NCBI GenBank assembly: GCA_024137785.1
Contig: JAHRHZ010000062.1
Coordinates: 40,685,405 to 40,749,404 of the forward strand
Source: Ginglymostoma cirratum
Taxonomy: Eukaryota
Direction: 5' to 3'
Length of the DNA stretch: 64,000 bases
In this document: positions 12,960 through 26,272 of the stretch, piece by piece
Layout of the letters: every line of letters starts with the position of its first letter
How positions within the stretch are numbered: the first letter of the stretch is position 1
Position numbers and translations under genes: made by a program
Notes under the pieces: generated by a model
Told to the model about the DNA's origin: nothing
Database searches by the model: none
Seen by the model: only the letters and a program-made list of their open reading frames with translations

Positions 12960-13008
12960 CACAGACACACACACATTCACACAAAGCACACACAGACACA
13001 CACACACA
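12960..13008. repeat. Imperfect (CA)n microsatellite
   Basis: Direct reading. Confidence 0.8.
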
Positions 13009-13579
13009 ACTGACAGATTACGTTGTGAAACAATGATAGGGCTGACGAGACACTCCCCAAGAGGGCTGATAAATTTTAATGTGAGCCATGCATACTGATA
13101 AGTGGCACAAAAGCAGTTTGGAAACTGCTGGCAAACCTAAAAAGGGCAATGATTTGCTATATTTGGGAGTGGGGTAAGAATTAATAGAGACCAACTGCAA
13201 TGGATATTGGTCAGGAGGCATCATCTGAGTGAAAATGAATGAAGGATGAATGGACACAGGTAGAAAGCAGATATCAAACCTCAGCTTTTCTAACAAGCCC
13301 TCACCAATTCATAAATTTTGTTGAAAGGCTGTTTCATGTGATACAAATGAAAGAACTCTACAGTCAATCTTCAGGAACTAAAATAACATCTGGTACCTCT
13401 GACCTCAGCAGAAACCATCCCTTATTATTTAAGGAATACATGGAATTTTACACACCCTACTACACAAGAATAGTCATTGAAGGCCAGTGAGGTAATGCTA
13501 CAGCCCAGTGAAAAGCAATGGTCCTTTCGAAATCCACGGTGGACACCAGGCTGGACATAATAAGCAGTGATTAGAGACA

Positions 13580-14490
13580 CATAGACATAGAGTATTTCAG
13601 CATTGTAAAAGGCCCTTTGGTCCATCATGTCCACACTGTCATCAAACATCTATCTATTCTAATCCCATTTTTTAGCATTTAGTCTGCAGCCTTGTATGCC
13701 ATGCCATTTCAGGTGCTCATCTAAATATGTCTTAAATGTATTGATGGTTCCTGCCTCTACCACCCTTACAGGTAGTGAGTTCCAGATACAAAATACCCTC
13801 TGAGTGAGTTTTTTTCTTCAAAACCCCTCTAAAAATCCTGATCCTTACCTTAAAATTGTGCCTCCTGGTAATTGGCCCCTCTACTAAAGAGAAAAGTGTT
13901 TTACTATTAACCTAGCTGTACCTCTCACAACTTGGTGTACCTCAACGAGGTCCTTCCTCAGCTTTCTCTGCTCTAAGGAAAAGCTCTGCCTATCCACTCT
14001 TTCTTTATAGTTGAATCACTACAGTCCAGGCAACAATCTGGTGAATCTCCTCTTCATCCTCTCTAACGTAATCACATCCTCCCTGTAGTGTGGTGACCAG
14101 AACTGCATACAGCACTCCAGCTGTGACCCAACTAACGTTATATATAGTTCCATCATAACCTTCTTCCTATCATATACCATGCTTTGACTAATAATAACTA
14201 GTATCCCATATGCCTTCTCAACCACCTTATCTACCTATCCTGCCGCCTTCAAGGATCAACAGAAAGACACACAAAACCCCTCTGATCCTCTATACTTCCT
14301 AGGGTCCAAACATTCAATGTGTACTCTTTTCCTTTGTTTGTCCTTCCAAAATGTATTGCCTTAGACTTTTCAGGACTAAATTCCATTTGCTACTGGTCAA
14401 CCCAACTGACCAGCCTGTTTACATTGTAGTCTAAGGTGTTCCTCCTTGCTATTTATCACACCACCAGTTTTCATGTCATCTGCAATCTGA
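13580..14490 (-). mobile_element. Decayed CR1 LINE 3' part
   Basis: ORF 14019-14225 (LECCMQFWSPHY...RRFTRLLPGL) is the CR1 ORF2 C-terminal motif; decayed FADD-region rc (tgtcatctgcaa) near 14475. Confidence 0.85.
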
Positions 14491-15523
14491 TTGTACAGGT
14501 TTTGCTGAAGATTGGGTGTGGAATGGAAACATTGTACAGGTAACGGGGCTGATGTTTTGCCAAGCATTAAATTGGACTTTGGACTTTAAACAAAAACTTC
14601 AAAAGTTGTTGGGTTTATGTAATACAAAGCGGCATTCAAAGTTTATAAACATCCAGTTGTTTAGTAAATAATGGACACAAGGACATTGGAGGGACTTTAA
14701 ATGTATTCAGGATGGCATCAGAGCCAGTTTAAAGGATGGATTTCCATCAGAAAAGGTAGAAGTATTTTTATACTCTGTCTTAAAGAATTCCAGACATATT
14801 TAAAATAATAAGGAAACTAAATGCCTCAACATCATTTAACAGAATTTTATTAACTGTATAACTGAGACATTGTACTATTTACAAACACCAGTTTTCAAAA
14901 TATTATATCTCAGTAGGTTAAATGAAATTCAAATCAAAACAGATAATAGCTGTCTAGATTAAATAAATAATTAACTGTCTTTTACTATTTTGGAACACCT
15001 TCTTTGTTTGATATAATTGGTTTAGGAAACAATTAAGGCCTTGGCTAGGGCTTTGTTTAGTGTTTGTCTATAGTAATGATGCATTTGATGAATGAGGAAA
15101 GCCTGCAAACTGTGACATACTCACGATCGCTCTGGTAAAACTGGCCTCAGTACAGCTAGTTCTAAATAGATGAGCTTGTGAGAGGCGCTTTGTAAATCAA
15201 TATTCTTTCTTCAATGCCAGCGGTGATTTCAAGCCTCCACAAATCGCAGCATTTAAGTCAATCTATGAAGCTTGCAAAAGTTCTTCTTCATACAAGGGTC
15301 AACTGATATGTCATTATGTAATGTGAATATCTGTTATGAATTGTCACCATTTTAAAATGTGATAAAAGCATACTGGTAACTCATATTAATAAATGTGGCA
15401 TGGTTAATTGAATCAATTTATTGAACAAAGATACCTTTAACCACAATCAAAGCATTTTCAAATCAAATCATCCATTGCCCTCCAATGCAAAGAGTTCATC
15501 TAGTTAATTCTAATTGGATTAAA

Positions 15524-16319
15524 ATTTCTGGGCATATCAAAATGCGTGGCCATTTCATTTATGTTGTTGATGTGGTTTAATGCCGTGTTGTATTTTTGAC
15601 GCTGTCTGATGATGAGCCACTGTAAACTGTCATTTTGACGCAGATCTTTTGATAGTCTCTGAACAATTTTGTTTTGTTTTATAAAATGACTACAACGACT
15701 AGTTCATAAGCACAATACTGCAGATGCTGGAGACTTCAAATAAAAATGGGAAATACTGGAGAAATGCAGCAGATCTTATTACATTCACGTTTTAAACTTC
15801 TAAGTTGTTGGTCTGAAATCATTGCTGGACCCACATTAGATCTGGGCCACATAAATGAGCATGTACGCATTGCATTTCTAGCAATGATGTAGCCATTTCA
15901 ACAATTTTCATGAAATTCTGAAACGTTCTTCTTCAGGCTGGATTCCTTCTTCTACCATTTTCACACTAGTCTTCCCCTAGTACCAAATTCCCTTGATGCA
16001 GCAGAGTTATTCAATGACTCAGTAACTATTGCAACTTTTAGCTTGAAAGCAAAGTCACATGGTATTATTTTTGCTGGAAGTTGAACATCTATTCATCGTA
16101 CACCATCTGTGCTTTGCTCTGTGTTGATGTGTATTAAACTCCCATGCATCTTCTCTATACTACAGTGCATATTGCTTGCTTGATCCTATACAGCAATTTA
16201 TAGGATAAGTAGGACATGATTTCTGGGGTAAGTAATTAAGGTTGACTATAATATGAGAATGGCATTTTGCAACTGAATATCACTTTTGTTGCCGGTTGTC
16301 TTATACACTGGATACAATA
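15524..16319 (-). mobile_element. Tc1/mariner-superfamily (Tc2/pogo-type) DNA transposon relic
   Basis: Minus-strand DFAFKLKVAIVTESLNNSAASREFG (Brinker-type HTH) at about 15920-16075; IIRQRQKYNTALNHINNINEMATHFDMPRN (decayed NMDETP..FDMP) at about 15524-15620; TIR-like TATTGTATCCAGTGTATAAGACAACC at 16294-16319. Confidence 0.7.
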
Positions 16320-17689
16320 ATGGTTTAAATTAGTAAGATTCTATCAGTACCTATGACGTAGAGTATATGAATAAATTCCAAGTCCATTGGAGAAATTGAA
16401 ATCAAGATAAATATATATTTTCTTTGTGGTACTGTTTATTGACTTCTCAGTCTTGCCCAATGTTACGGGTGTTCCCTCTGTGTGTGTATGTGTGTGTGCA
16501 CATGCGAGCGTGCTCAGACAATTAATAGCAATTTCCCATTTCTGCTTACCCTTAAATAAAGACATTGACAAATGTAATAATGTGATTACCCAGACTTAAA
16601 CAGTTTATTTTGCTTCAACATGTTCTAAAAGCAAACATTGTTTTTCTGACCCTTAGATTTCTTCACTGTTTGTGTTGTTTTAATTCATACAAGCCTGAAT
16701 TTCATGTAAGTTTAGAATAGGTGGGATTTGTCAATATTTCATCTCCCTGGAATCCATATCACCAAATGTAAGAAACCTGTGTGAAATTTGATACAAAGAG
16801 GCTAGGAAAAGAGAGCAGACATCAGAACACAGGGTAAATTCTCAAGATATGTCACAGGAAACTGGAAAAATATAGCCGCTGAAATAATAGTGTGTGCCAA
16901 GTGGCCTAAGTTTAATGATAAAATACAGGTCGCCTCATGACTATAAGTATTCCACCATAAATCAGTTAACAGGATGGTCAACAACATAACATTTACAGAC
17001 CTCTGCATGTCTTATAAAGTCTGCACTGCTACAGTATGTGAATGCCGCATATTCAGGAAGAGCAAGTTAAAGAGTTTCCGAGACCATGTAGCATACCCCA
17101 CTAACATTCCTCTTCCAAGAGTAAATGTCTGTGCACAATATCATAACCTGTTGCTACTGAGACTCAATTTAAAACTAATCTATTAATTCTGATATGTACT
17201 GCATAGTTCAGAAATCTGTACAGATAAATAAGATTATACATTCATAACAGAACATCAACTATTCTACACCTGGGATCTGACTGTGAAATTGGAATGTAAT
17301 TAAAAATAGTCAATACCCAAAAGTCAGATTGTGTGTTTAATCTGAATCGATAGGATGGTTCGCTAATTATAAACTTGTTAGTGTCATTCTGACAAAACCC
17401 TGCTTGATGAGAAACTATTGATTGATGATTGCTTTAATCATATTAGGTTGTCCCTTGCTTTTTAAACCTGAAGATATGGAAATTATTGCATTTCTTGAAC
17501 AGTCCTTGATTGTATTGTCCCCTCCTATGTCCTTCCAAATCCATACCCACTTCTCCAATCAAGTTTTCACTCATCTTACAATATTGACATGGCCCTAAAC
17601 ACATTCATAATTGCACTCAATGTGACCGTCCGTCTGGTATACTACTCCTCTTTATCCTTCATACCTTTTGTACAGTCTTTGATACAACT

Positions 17690-18580
17690 AGTCACACTAT
17701 CCTCTTGCAATGTCTCTCCTTCATTGTCCATTTAAGACAGCCTTCCTGGCCTGGTTCCACTTTCACCAATCCAGAGACACTTAAAGAATCTACTGCAATG
17801 CGTGTTCTTCCCACCCCAATCTACAATGTCCCACATGCATGTATCCTTATTCTCTTTTATTTTATAACATACTGTTCCTTGGCTACATCATCTGAAGAGA
17901 TGGCACAGGTTCCATCTATACTCTGACCACACCCAATTTTGCTTCACCATAATCTTTCTTAACTCCTCCACTATCTCATATTCAGGCTTGGATGAACTGT
18001 AATTTCCTCCACTGGAAAGGGAAAAAAAAAGTCTTTAGCCCCAGATACAGGCTCCATAACCATCAATTCCATTCCTCTATCCAGTATCTCAGACTGAAAC
18101 AGAATGTTTACAACCTCTGCATCTTATTCGACTCTTACATCTAAGTATCACACGCATGTCAGATAATTTCCCACAAGACCTTTCATCCATGTTGCTTTTA
18201 CTTCCTGATTTGACATTGTCGTGATTCAATCTTCCACCTTTCAGATATCTGAGCTCATCCAAAATCCTGTGGCCAATAGGGTAACTTGCACCATCACACT
18301 CAGCAGTCACCTCTATGCTCATTGTCTCCCAGTATACCAATATCTGGATATATAAATGAAAATTTAAAGTTTTCATTACAATGTCTACATCATTCCATGC
18401 AACTGACCTTTCTTCCCTCTGTAACCTTCTCCAGTCCCACAACTCTTGTGAAATCAAAATTCCTCCAATTCTGGTCTCGAGTGCATCCTCCACTTCCTCT
18501 GTCTCACCATTTGCAAGTGCGCCTTAGGCCTAGACTTTAACTCAAACATTCCCTCTAAGCTTCTCTACCCTTTCCCTCCA
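17690..18580 (+). mobile_element. Decayed L2-like LINE RT/3' region
   Basis: Pyrimidine-rich + strand that is the mirror of the L2-like copies at about 54650 and 57885; no intact ORF. Confidence 0.45.
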
Positions 18581-19129
18581 TTAAAATATAGGATAGTTCA
18601 ATTTTGAAAAAGTTTTCATAATTATGAAGGGGATTGATATAATTGTTGCTGCTAAAAAAACAGGAGTTACAAATTAAACCTTTGAAGTAAGGGATTTGTT
18701 AGATGGAAACTTTCATTCCAAAGGTAATCAACATATTGAGAAGCTACTGACTAAAGTCATTGAAATGAGCAACCCAAAGGGATTTAAGAGAGAATTGTAC
18801 ATGTTTCCAGGTGAGAGAGTTTCATAGTATGGAGGAAAGCAGAGGTGGGGGTTCATCTGTAAAAAAGCAATGGGTCTTTTGATTCTAACCATTCTGATGG
18901 ATAACTTGTTTTAATATTCTGTAAGCACTTAGATACTGTCCTACTGAAACAACCTATTTGAACACACCTCTGGGATGGTGGAACTTGAACCTAGACTTTC
19001 TGGTTTAGATATAGGAACACTACCACGATGCCACAACAGGCCAGCTATCCCTCTGATATTGTCTTGGGGAATGGCCTTATTCCATGCTTCCTATCCCCCA
19101 CATTATGCACAACATAATTTTACTAGTGG

Positions 19130-19318
19130 GAGATACAGATGCTGGAGTCAGAGACAACACAGTATGGAGCTGGTGGAACACAGCAGGCCAGGCAGCATCA
19201 GGGGAGCAGGAAAGTTGATGTTTTGGGTCAGGACTTCTGAAGAAGGGTCCCGAACTGAAACGTCAACTTTCCTGCTCCTCAATGCTGCCTGGCCTGCTGT
19301 GTTCCACCTGCTCCATAA
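19130..19318. mobile_element. Palindromic repeat with hammerhead-like centre
   Basis: Inverted arms from about 19164 to 19317; centre ttCTGAAGA-agggtcccgaact-GAAACGTCaa at 19235-19266. Confidence 0.75.
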
Positions 19319-19351
19319 TTTTACCTGTGCTTTTTCCCCTCTATGTTATCA

Positions 19352-19915
19352 TTGCTAAATTCCCCACTATCAACATCCTGAGGTTTACCATTAGCACAAA
19401 CTGAACCAGACAAGCATACAATTTTGTGCTCACAAGAGCAGGTCAGAGGAATCCCGCAGCAAGAAACTCACCTCCTGGCTCCCCAAAGCTTGTCCACCAT
19501 CTATAAGGCACCAGCCAGGAGAGTGATTAGCGTCGCAACCACAAACATCCACTCCTTCTACCACTGAGGCTCAGTAACAGCAATGTGTACCATCTACAAG
19601 ATGCAATGCAGAAGTTCACCAAGGCTGCTTCGTCAGCACCTTCCAAACCTATGACCAATAACATCTAGAACAAGGGAAGCAGTTACATGGGAACACCACC
19701 ACCTGCAAGTTCCCCTCCAAGCCACTTACCATTCTGATTTGGAAATATATTGGTGTTCCTTCAGTGTCACTGGGTCATCCTGGAGCTTTCTCCCTAAGGG
19801 CATTGTGAGTACTTACACCAGACGGATTTCAGCAGTTCAAGAAGACTGCTCACCTTCTCAAGGGCAGCTAGGGATGGACAACTAGTGCTGGCCCAGGCAG
19901 CGCATCCCATGAATG
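19352..19915 (+). mobile_element. LINE 3' end (CR1/L2-superfamily family recurrent in this window)
   Basis: Shares catccactcct...gtgtaccatctacaagatg...cagtgtcactgg with 61840-62360 and 43620-43890. Confidence 0.7.
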
Positions 19916-20654
19916 ATTGTTTTTAAAAAAAAAAGTTCACCCTGCGCAATCAGTGGATTACGGTTAAATAGATTGGATCACTGCCATAAAGAGTCAGGGA
20001 TCAAACACTGTGGTTTCCTGTCCTACCTCCAGCACTGCAGTGGGATTTTTTAGGTGACTTGTTTATGTGCTAAACCTGTCATAAATCTTACTTTAATGAC
20101 AGGGAAGGTGAAATAGATGTGGCTTATTGGCAGGAAAATTGGAACAGAATGCAAGAAGGATGTAAATGTCTAAAATATGAAAGCAAGTCAGATGGAAGAA
20201 ATTGGTTGAGGCAGAGGCCTATAAAAGACTGAAGAAGCATTTGGTGTGGATGTCAAGGCCTGTATTTGACCAGTTACTTTTTGAGAGATTGATGCCTTGT
20301 TTGGAACCATTCAGCCTCTTCTGGGCCCAAGTAAGTATAATGGGTGGAAATTATCAGCATGGATAGCTTGTAGAGAACCGTCCACCTCTCCTCCATTGAA
20401 ATGTTGGTCATATCAAACTAACATGGAACACCAGTAGATAATCTGCCAATTTTGCACCCATCCATATAAAAATGTGGTTCAAGGTCATAAAACATTGAAG
20501 AAATTTTAGGTGTATGCATATGGATTATAAAAATCATATTACAGCTAACTGCAACATGTTTGAGAATGCTGTCCTGAGATATTACATTGAAGAATCTAAT
20601 TCCTATTCCCCACCAAATATTCTCTCATCCCCTGTCAGGATTATTTTTAATTAT

Positions 20655-21210
20655 TCATTCTGGGAATGTAGTCCTCACTGGCAAAGCCAGCATGTGTTGT
20701 GCATCCCTGGTTGCCCTTGAGAAACGCTTTGCAGTTCTTTGGGTGAAGATACTCTCACAGCACAGTTTGTGTGGTGAAGGTACTCCCTCATCACTGTTAA
20801 GTTAGGAATGTGATCGGCGACAATAAATAGGATGGCATACGGGAATTTGGAGCTGATGGTATACCCACACACTTGTTGCTGTTTTCTTTCCGAATACTGG
20901 TGGTTGTAAGTTTGGAAGATGCTGTTGAAGAAACCTTAGTAATTTACTGAAGCCCATTCAGATGATATTTGTTGCAGCCATGATACACCCAGTAGTTACA
21001 GAAAGTAACATTTATGGCTGTGGATGGGCTGCTGATCAAATAATTGTTTTGCCTCGGATTGTGTCAAATTTCATGTGGTTGGATCGCATATGAACCCATC
21101 CAGGCCAAATGCAGAGTAGTCCAGCATAGAACTAGCTTATGCTGTGTAGGTGCTGGGTAGGCTTTGGGGAAAAAGGAGGTGAGACACTTGCTACATATAT
21201 CCAAGCTTCT
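20655..21210 (-). mobile_element. Antisense decayed copy of the same LINE 3' family
   Basis: gtttggaagatgctgttgaagaaaccttagt is the reverse complement of the accaaggctgcttcgtcagcaccttccaaac block near 19620. Confidence 0.6.
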
Positions 21211-22739
21211 GACCCTCATAATACATGGCTCATTTTGATGGCAGAGACTCAGCAATGACAATGCCATGAGATGTCAAAGGGAATTGGGATGCCTTAGAAT
21301 TGTCCACAATAAAACATTGCATAATGTTTTAGCATGAATTTGTTGTAGTTTCACCATGATGACAGCTTATTTTTAACAGACACAGTGCTGCTTCTGGAGA
21401 TTCAGTAAGGAGTGTAGAAGACTGTTTCTGGGATATAGTTTAGTGCCTGTGTCAGTTCTTCAGTTCCTTGTCCAAATGGCCATAACTTCTCATGAGAGTC
21501 GAAGCTTGATTGTGGGAATCACTATGGTTGGCTCACTTTCTTTTGTCACCAAAACTAAGATGGGCATGGCTCAGGAGAGGATCACTGGACAGCACTGGGT
21601 TGGGACATTCTTTTAAAACATACAAATGAATACCTGCTTTTCGTTTTCCATAATAATCAGGTCACTATTGGAATCATATTCTTGGAAATCAACTTTTTCA
21701 AAGCTTCAAATTCCTAATGTTTCAGTCTTTTCCTCTTCTGAACCTATTTCCTCCGTTGGCTTTAAATCCAGCAAATCGTGCTCTGTGTTAATCCCATAAC
21801 AAAGTTCGGTGTTTATTAGCCTGAACAGGGAGAACTGTCTGTATGTGACAGGGAGGGGGAGTGTTGAAAGAACTCAAAGGACTCACACTTCCACACCCAT
21901 CAGACACAACTATCCCTCTGGATGTCAATCTAGTAATCAGAGACTGAGTCTCTCCTCTCCATGTGCCATGGCCCAGTTCAATAATGCAAAGACATTTGAC
22001 CATTTGACCAAAGTGGTCACTTTGTATCTCAGATTCATTGTTGTCTTTATCTTGTCTGTTGCACTGAGAGCAACTGTGGACTCTTAGTGTAGAGCCTAGC
22101 TTCTATATTGTAAAGCAGAGTGTGTGGGTGTTTATTGTCAAAGCAACTCATGCAGGAGCTGGATTCAGTGTAGTATATACGTACCTCGTAGGATGAGTAA
22201 GTAATGCTGCTGTTAATATTAGTTAAGGAATGCATTCCTTGTTAATAATATTGAACAATGGATGGGGAAGATTAAAAGGAATCAACAATTATTTCAATAC
22301 TGAATTATGCCAGAAACAGGATTAGTCATTTTATTTAAAAAAATTACCGACACCATTGTCCTCCTTGTTACGATAAATTATGGACAGACATGACTGAAAG
22401 AGACTTTTGTCTGTTGGGATAAGAAATCATGTGTAGAGACACATGACAAACACAGAAGTTGGGAACCTAGTGATCATGGTTGCAGAAAGCAGAGAAGGGA
22501 AGGTGTTTAGTGAGAATGTGTCGATGGCGGCTTGAATCTACATTTTCCAAATGTCATACTTCAAACCGGCATAGATTGTTGAAACTCAACCCAGACTGCT
22601 ACAGAACCATTCACTCCTCAGGTCATTTGTAGAAACTTTAATATTTTCTCCTGTAAATGGACTGATAGGGCTTGATTTTATTTCCTTTGTGTATCACCCA
22701 ACGTATGGGTAATATTTTGCTTGCTCCCTGTTTCTGCTG

Positions 22740-22804
22740 GTGTGTGCATGTGTGTTTTGTGTGTATGTTTTTGTGTGTGTGTGTGTGTGCATGTTTGTGT
22801 GTGT

Positions 22805-22836
<32 letters not shown>

Positions 22837-22860
22837 CTGTGTATCTGTGTGTGTTGTGTG
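22740..22860. repeat. (TG)n microsatellite, compound
   Basis: Direct reading; it generates three spurious ORFs. Confidence 0.95.
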
Positions 22861-23399
22861 AGAGTTGGGGTGGGGTGGGTAGGGGGTAGCAATGAGTTAG
22901 GTATTGGACAAGAGGTAGCAGCTGTTTAACCCTCTGTTCCCAAATTATACACTGTTCATGGGCACAGATATCCTTTGCTAACCCACCCAAGGTGTCAGTC
23001 TTGATGATATAATGAATACAAACTCTGTGACTCCAAGGGACATAAAGGAGTGTCTAATCATGTCCTCAACCACCTCGACACAAGGGTATTTGGCAGCAGG
23101 GAAATTTACGGGCATGAGTGAACAATTGTTTCCTTTGATCCAGGTCTATTAAGATTAAACGTGGCACCCTAAATCAGTCTGCAGTTTGGTGTCTGACTGT
23201 GCTACAAACCCCAGTGAAACGTGTGTCAGTACAGATGTACTGACATCATCAGATTGACACTTAGCTGAGATCAGTGCACACTGGGCATATGATCTCCATG
23301 TCATCCTGTTTTGTCAGGCTCTGAATGACAATCGGCAGTGCTGTAAGTGCAGCTGGTAGTCAGACTGGTCACATTCCATCTACCCAGCCTCATCCATAA

Positions 23400-24200
23400 G
23401 GCCATTTTGGAAACAGTACTGTCGCAGCAACCTGCTACTATCTGGAATGTTCACGAAAGAGAAGGAATGCAGATTCTCACCCTCTGCCTGTGACTAAGGT
23501 GTCAGCATTAATATCAACAACATCTTCAAAAGCCAATTTACGGAAACAGTGGCCAGCCAGGGTCAGATGGAAAAGATGAACTGGCATTGTACAATGTACT
23601 TCCTCTTTGACACCTTAGTTTGGCACACTTGGACAAGTTGAACCAATGGGTCTGTTTCCGTGCTCTATGACTCCATGACCTCCTCTAGTAAATGGTCATG
23701 GCTGCAGTGGAGCATGTCAGATGCACATTTAACTGAAGGTTAAATATTCATACAGCTGGTGCAGTAATAACCCCTCGTTCTACTCCACAAAGTACACTAG
23801 AGGTGTCACAACACAACAAACTTCTTGCTTAGTGTCAGTAACCACACTAAATTAAAATAAAATCAAGCCCATTGTCCTACATTTGTCTCATCTAATTAAA
23901 ATGTAGATTGCTATTTAGGCAGTGGATACCTGCCAATGCTTGAACGGGGAAGGGCAGTGGGGCGGAGGGCACAGAACAATTTAATTCAAGGTGTTCTTCA
24001 TCAGCTGTCAATTGAGAATCAAGTCATTTGTCAGGTCATGCAGAAAGCCAGTGGCGGCATCCTCTTATACTGCAGAAAACCACTTGAGATGGATACAGAC
24101 TCAGAGAAACAGGAACTCCAACGCAGAACTGGAATTCAGACAGGGACAGGAAGAGAGAGGAGTGAAGATTCATTGAGTAGCCTCATTTATGGAGGTATGC
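23400..24200 (+). mobile_element. Possible Harbinger transposase relic
   Basis: Fragments HPLPVTKVSAL (about 23478-23510) and GVLHQLSIEN (about 23990-24019) resemble HARBI1-type LPVxVKVxxAL and CxLHNxxI motifs in the right order. Confidence 0.3.
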
Positions 24201-24379
24201 ATCTAACCACAGATCACCAGACTTCTTCAGGGACCTGGGAGGAGAAAGGTGGTACATCAGACAAATCATTGGCACATTTAATTAGAATCAGTTCATTAAA
24301 ATATTAGGGACATGTAAATAGGATCATTTGCTTTTGACTATGTGCTTATGAATAGTTAGCAAATGTGGATCAATATCCA

Positions 24380-24472
24380 GAGATAGTAGGAACTGCAGAT
24401 GCTAGAGAATCTGAGATAACAAGGTCCTCTGATGCTGCTTGGCTTGCTGTGTTCATCCAGCTCTACACCTTG
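24380..24472. mobile_element. Internally deleted copy of the 6232-type palindromic repeat
   Basis: gtaggaactgcagatgctagagaatctgagataacaagg joined directly to tcctctgatgctgcttggcttgctgtgttcatccagctctacaccttg; the centre is missing. Confidence 0.75.
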
Positions 24473-26233
24473 AATCAATATCCAATTTGTTTTGGCATGC
24501 TTCCCTCAGTTAACATAAGATGCACATTGGAATGGATAAGCTGGATACTACTGGCTGAAAATATTATTTATAAAATTCACGAGATTTGGAGGTAGCATCA
24601 TAATTCAGTAATGTTTATGTGTTGCAAGTTTCTAAAGAAACCAAGTAACTAATGTCAAATTGAGAATAGTAAGTGACTAGTCAGAAAAACAAAGTATTGC
24701 TTTTAAAGGGGTTGGCAATATAAAACTAATCTAATAGTGGTCAAGGTAGTAGCAAAATCAATGGATATTCTATACATGGATTTTTAGAAAGTTCCAAAGA
24801 GATTCCAGATAAAATTGAGATTTATAGAACAAGAACGGAAATTGCTGGAAAAGCTCAGCAGGCATTTTTACATCTGTCATAATTATCTAGTTTCATGGTT
24901 GGAGGTTAAATGTGATATAATGGGAAACCTGGTGAGCAAAGTGATAAACATCCCTAATGTAAGGGCAAATGAAACAAGCCTAGGTTAAAGGTAACCCATG
25001 TTAATCTTACAAAAGCAGATTTAACGGTATGGGAGATTAAACTATCAGGGTCTTCTCTCAGCTTAATGGAGCCAGAAGGTCTATGTTTGTTTCAAATAAG
25101 AGTATTAAATTGCTTATGTGCTCTCCAGGTGAAAATAAAGTTGAAAGCCAGTGTAAACACAATAGCTTATTAACTGGGCCAGCATCTTCCAGGAGACAGG
25201 GGGAGGGGGGGCATGATAAAACTCCTTTAGCGATAAATTATTCACACGGGTTACAGAATTGTACAGTTGTGATGAAGGTAAAGCTAATTAGTTTTGTGTT
25301 TCTTTCTGACTCGTCTCGAATATACCACATTGTCATGGAAATAAGCTCAGGGAATTAGATAGTCATGTTGTTTTTCTCACTAGAGGAAGCTGTGGTTTTG
25401 GCTTAGTGTGAACAAGAGCTGACTGACTTGGTAGAATTTAAAGCAGACGACTGTTAGGCAGGCCTATACTTGACGATCCTAACTTTGTTCCTCATTGCAT
25501 GGAATGCAGATGGGGGCTCAAGCTTAGTTTGGAATGTATGACGGGCAAAGAAGCTGGAAGTTTTGCCTAGTTTAAAGATAGAGTAAGTGATCTACATTGG
25601 TCCTCACAGAGCCTTGTGGTAGATATCAACCAGCAAAGTTAGAAAGACTGAGAGAGGACAATCAGTTATCTGGCAGCCAGCAAAGCACCTAAGGTCTTTC
25701 AAGAAATGTTGGAGGGATGCTTAGCTAAATGTTAATAGATTGATCCCCATAAATATTGTACCTTGGAGAAAACTGGAATACCAAGGAGAATGAAAGTAAG
25801 TTTCAAAGACATACCTTTGAGTTGATCCCTAAAGAAGGAAATGAACCTTCAAGATTTTATAAGAAAATAGAACTTTTGAGGGAAGTAACAAATAAAACTG
25901 AGTTTACAGTATAGGATTTTATGAGCTTTAGTGTTAAGTTCTTAGTGTTGTTTCTTTTCTTTTTGCATACATTTTTATTTAAACACATGAAATATTTCGG
26001 TGTTGTTAATTGCTGGATGTTTGGATTTCTCTTAAACATTAATGGTTTCCTGCAGGATTGTGACAATCTACATGAATGATTAATCAACTTCCTTAAGGCT
26101 GTGTCTGACTTCAACTAATTACCCCAGTAGATCATAAGCACACGCTATTTTGAAACAGAATAATTTTCGTATCAGTTTTTAACCCTATTATAGGTAAGGA
26201 ATTGAACATCTTTACTCATGACAACTCTGAGGT

Positions 26234-26272
26234 TGTGTGTATGTGTGTGTGTGTGTGTGTGTNNNNNNNNNN
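26234..26272. other. (TG)n run followed by an assembly gap (10 N at 26263-26272)
   Basis: Direct reading. Confidence 0.98.

Noticed and set aside
16344-16630. Minus-strand exons near the TG repeat
   Set aside because: The exon with good splice sites has stops in all three frames; the open one lacks a polypyrimidine tract.
22638-22990. His/Thr- and Cys/Val-rich ORFs
   Set aside because: Translations of a (TG)n microsatellite.
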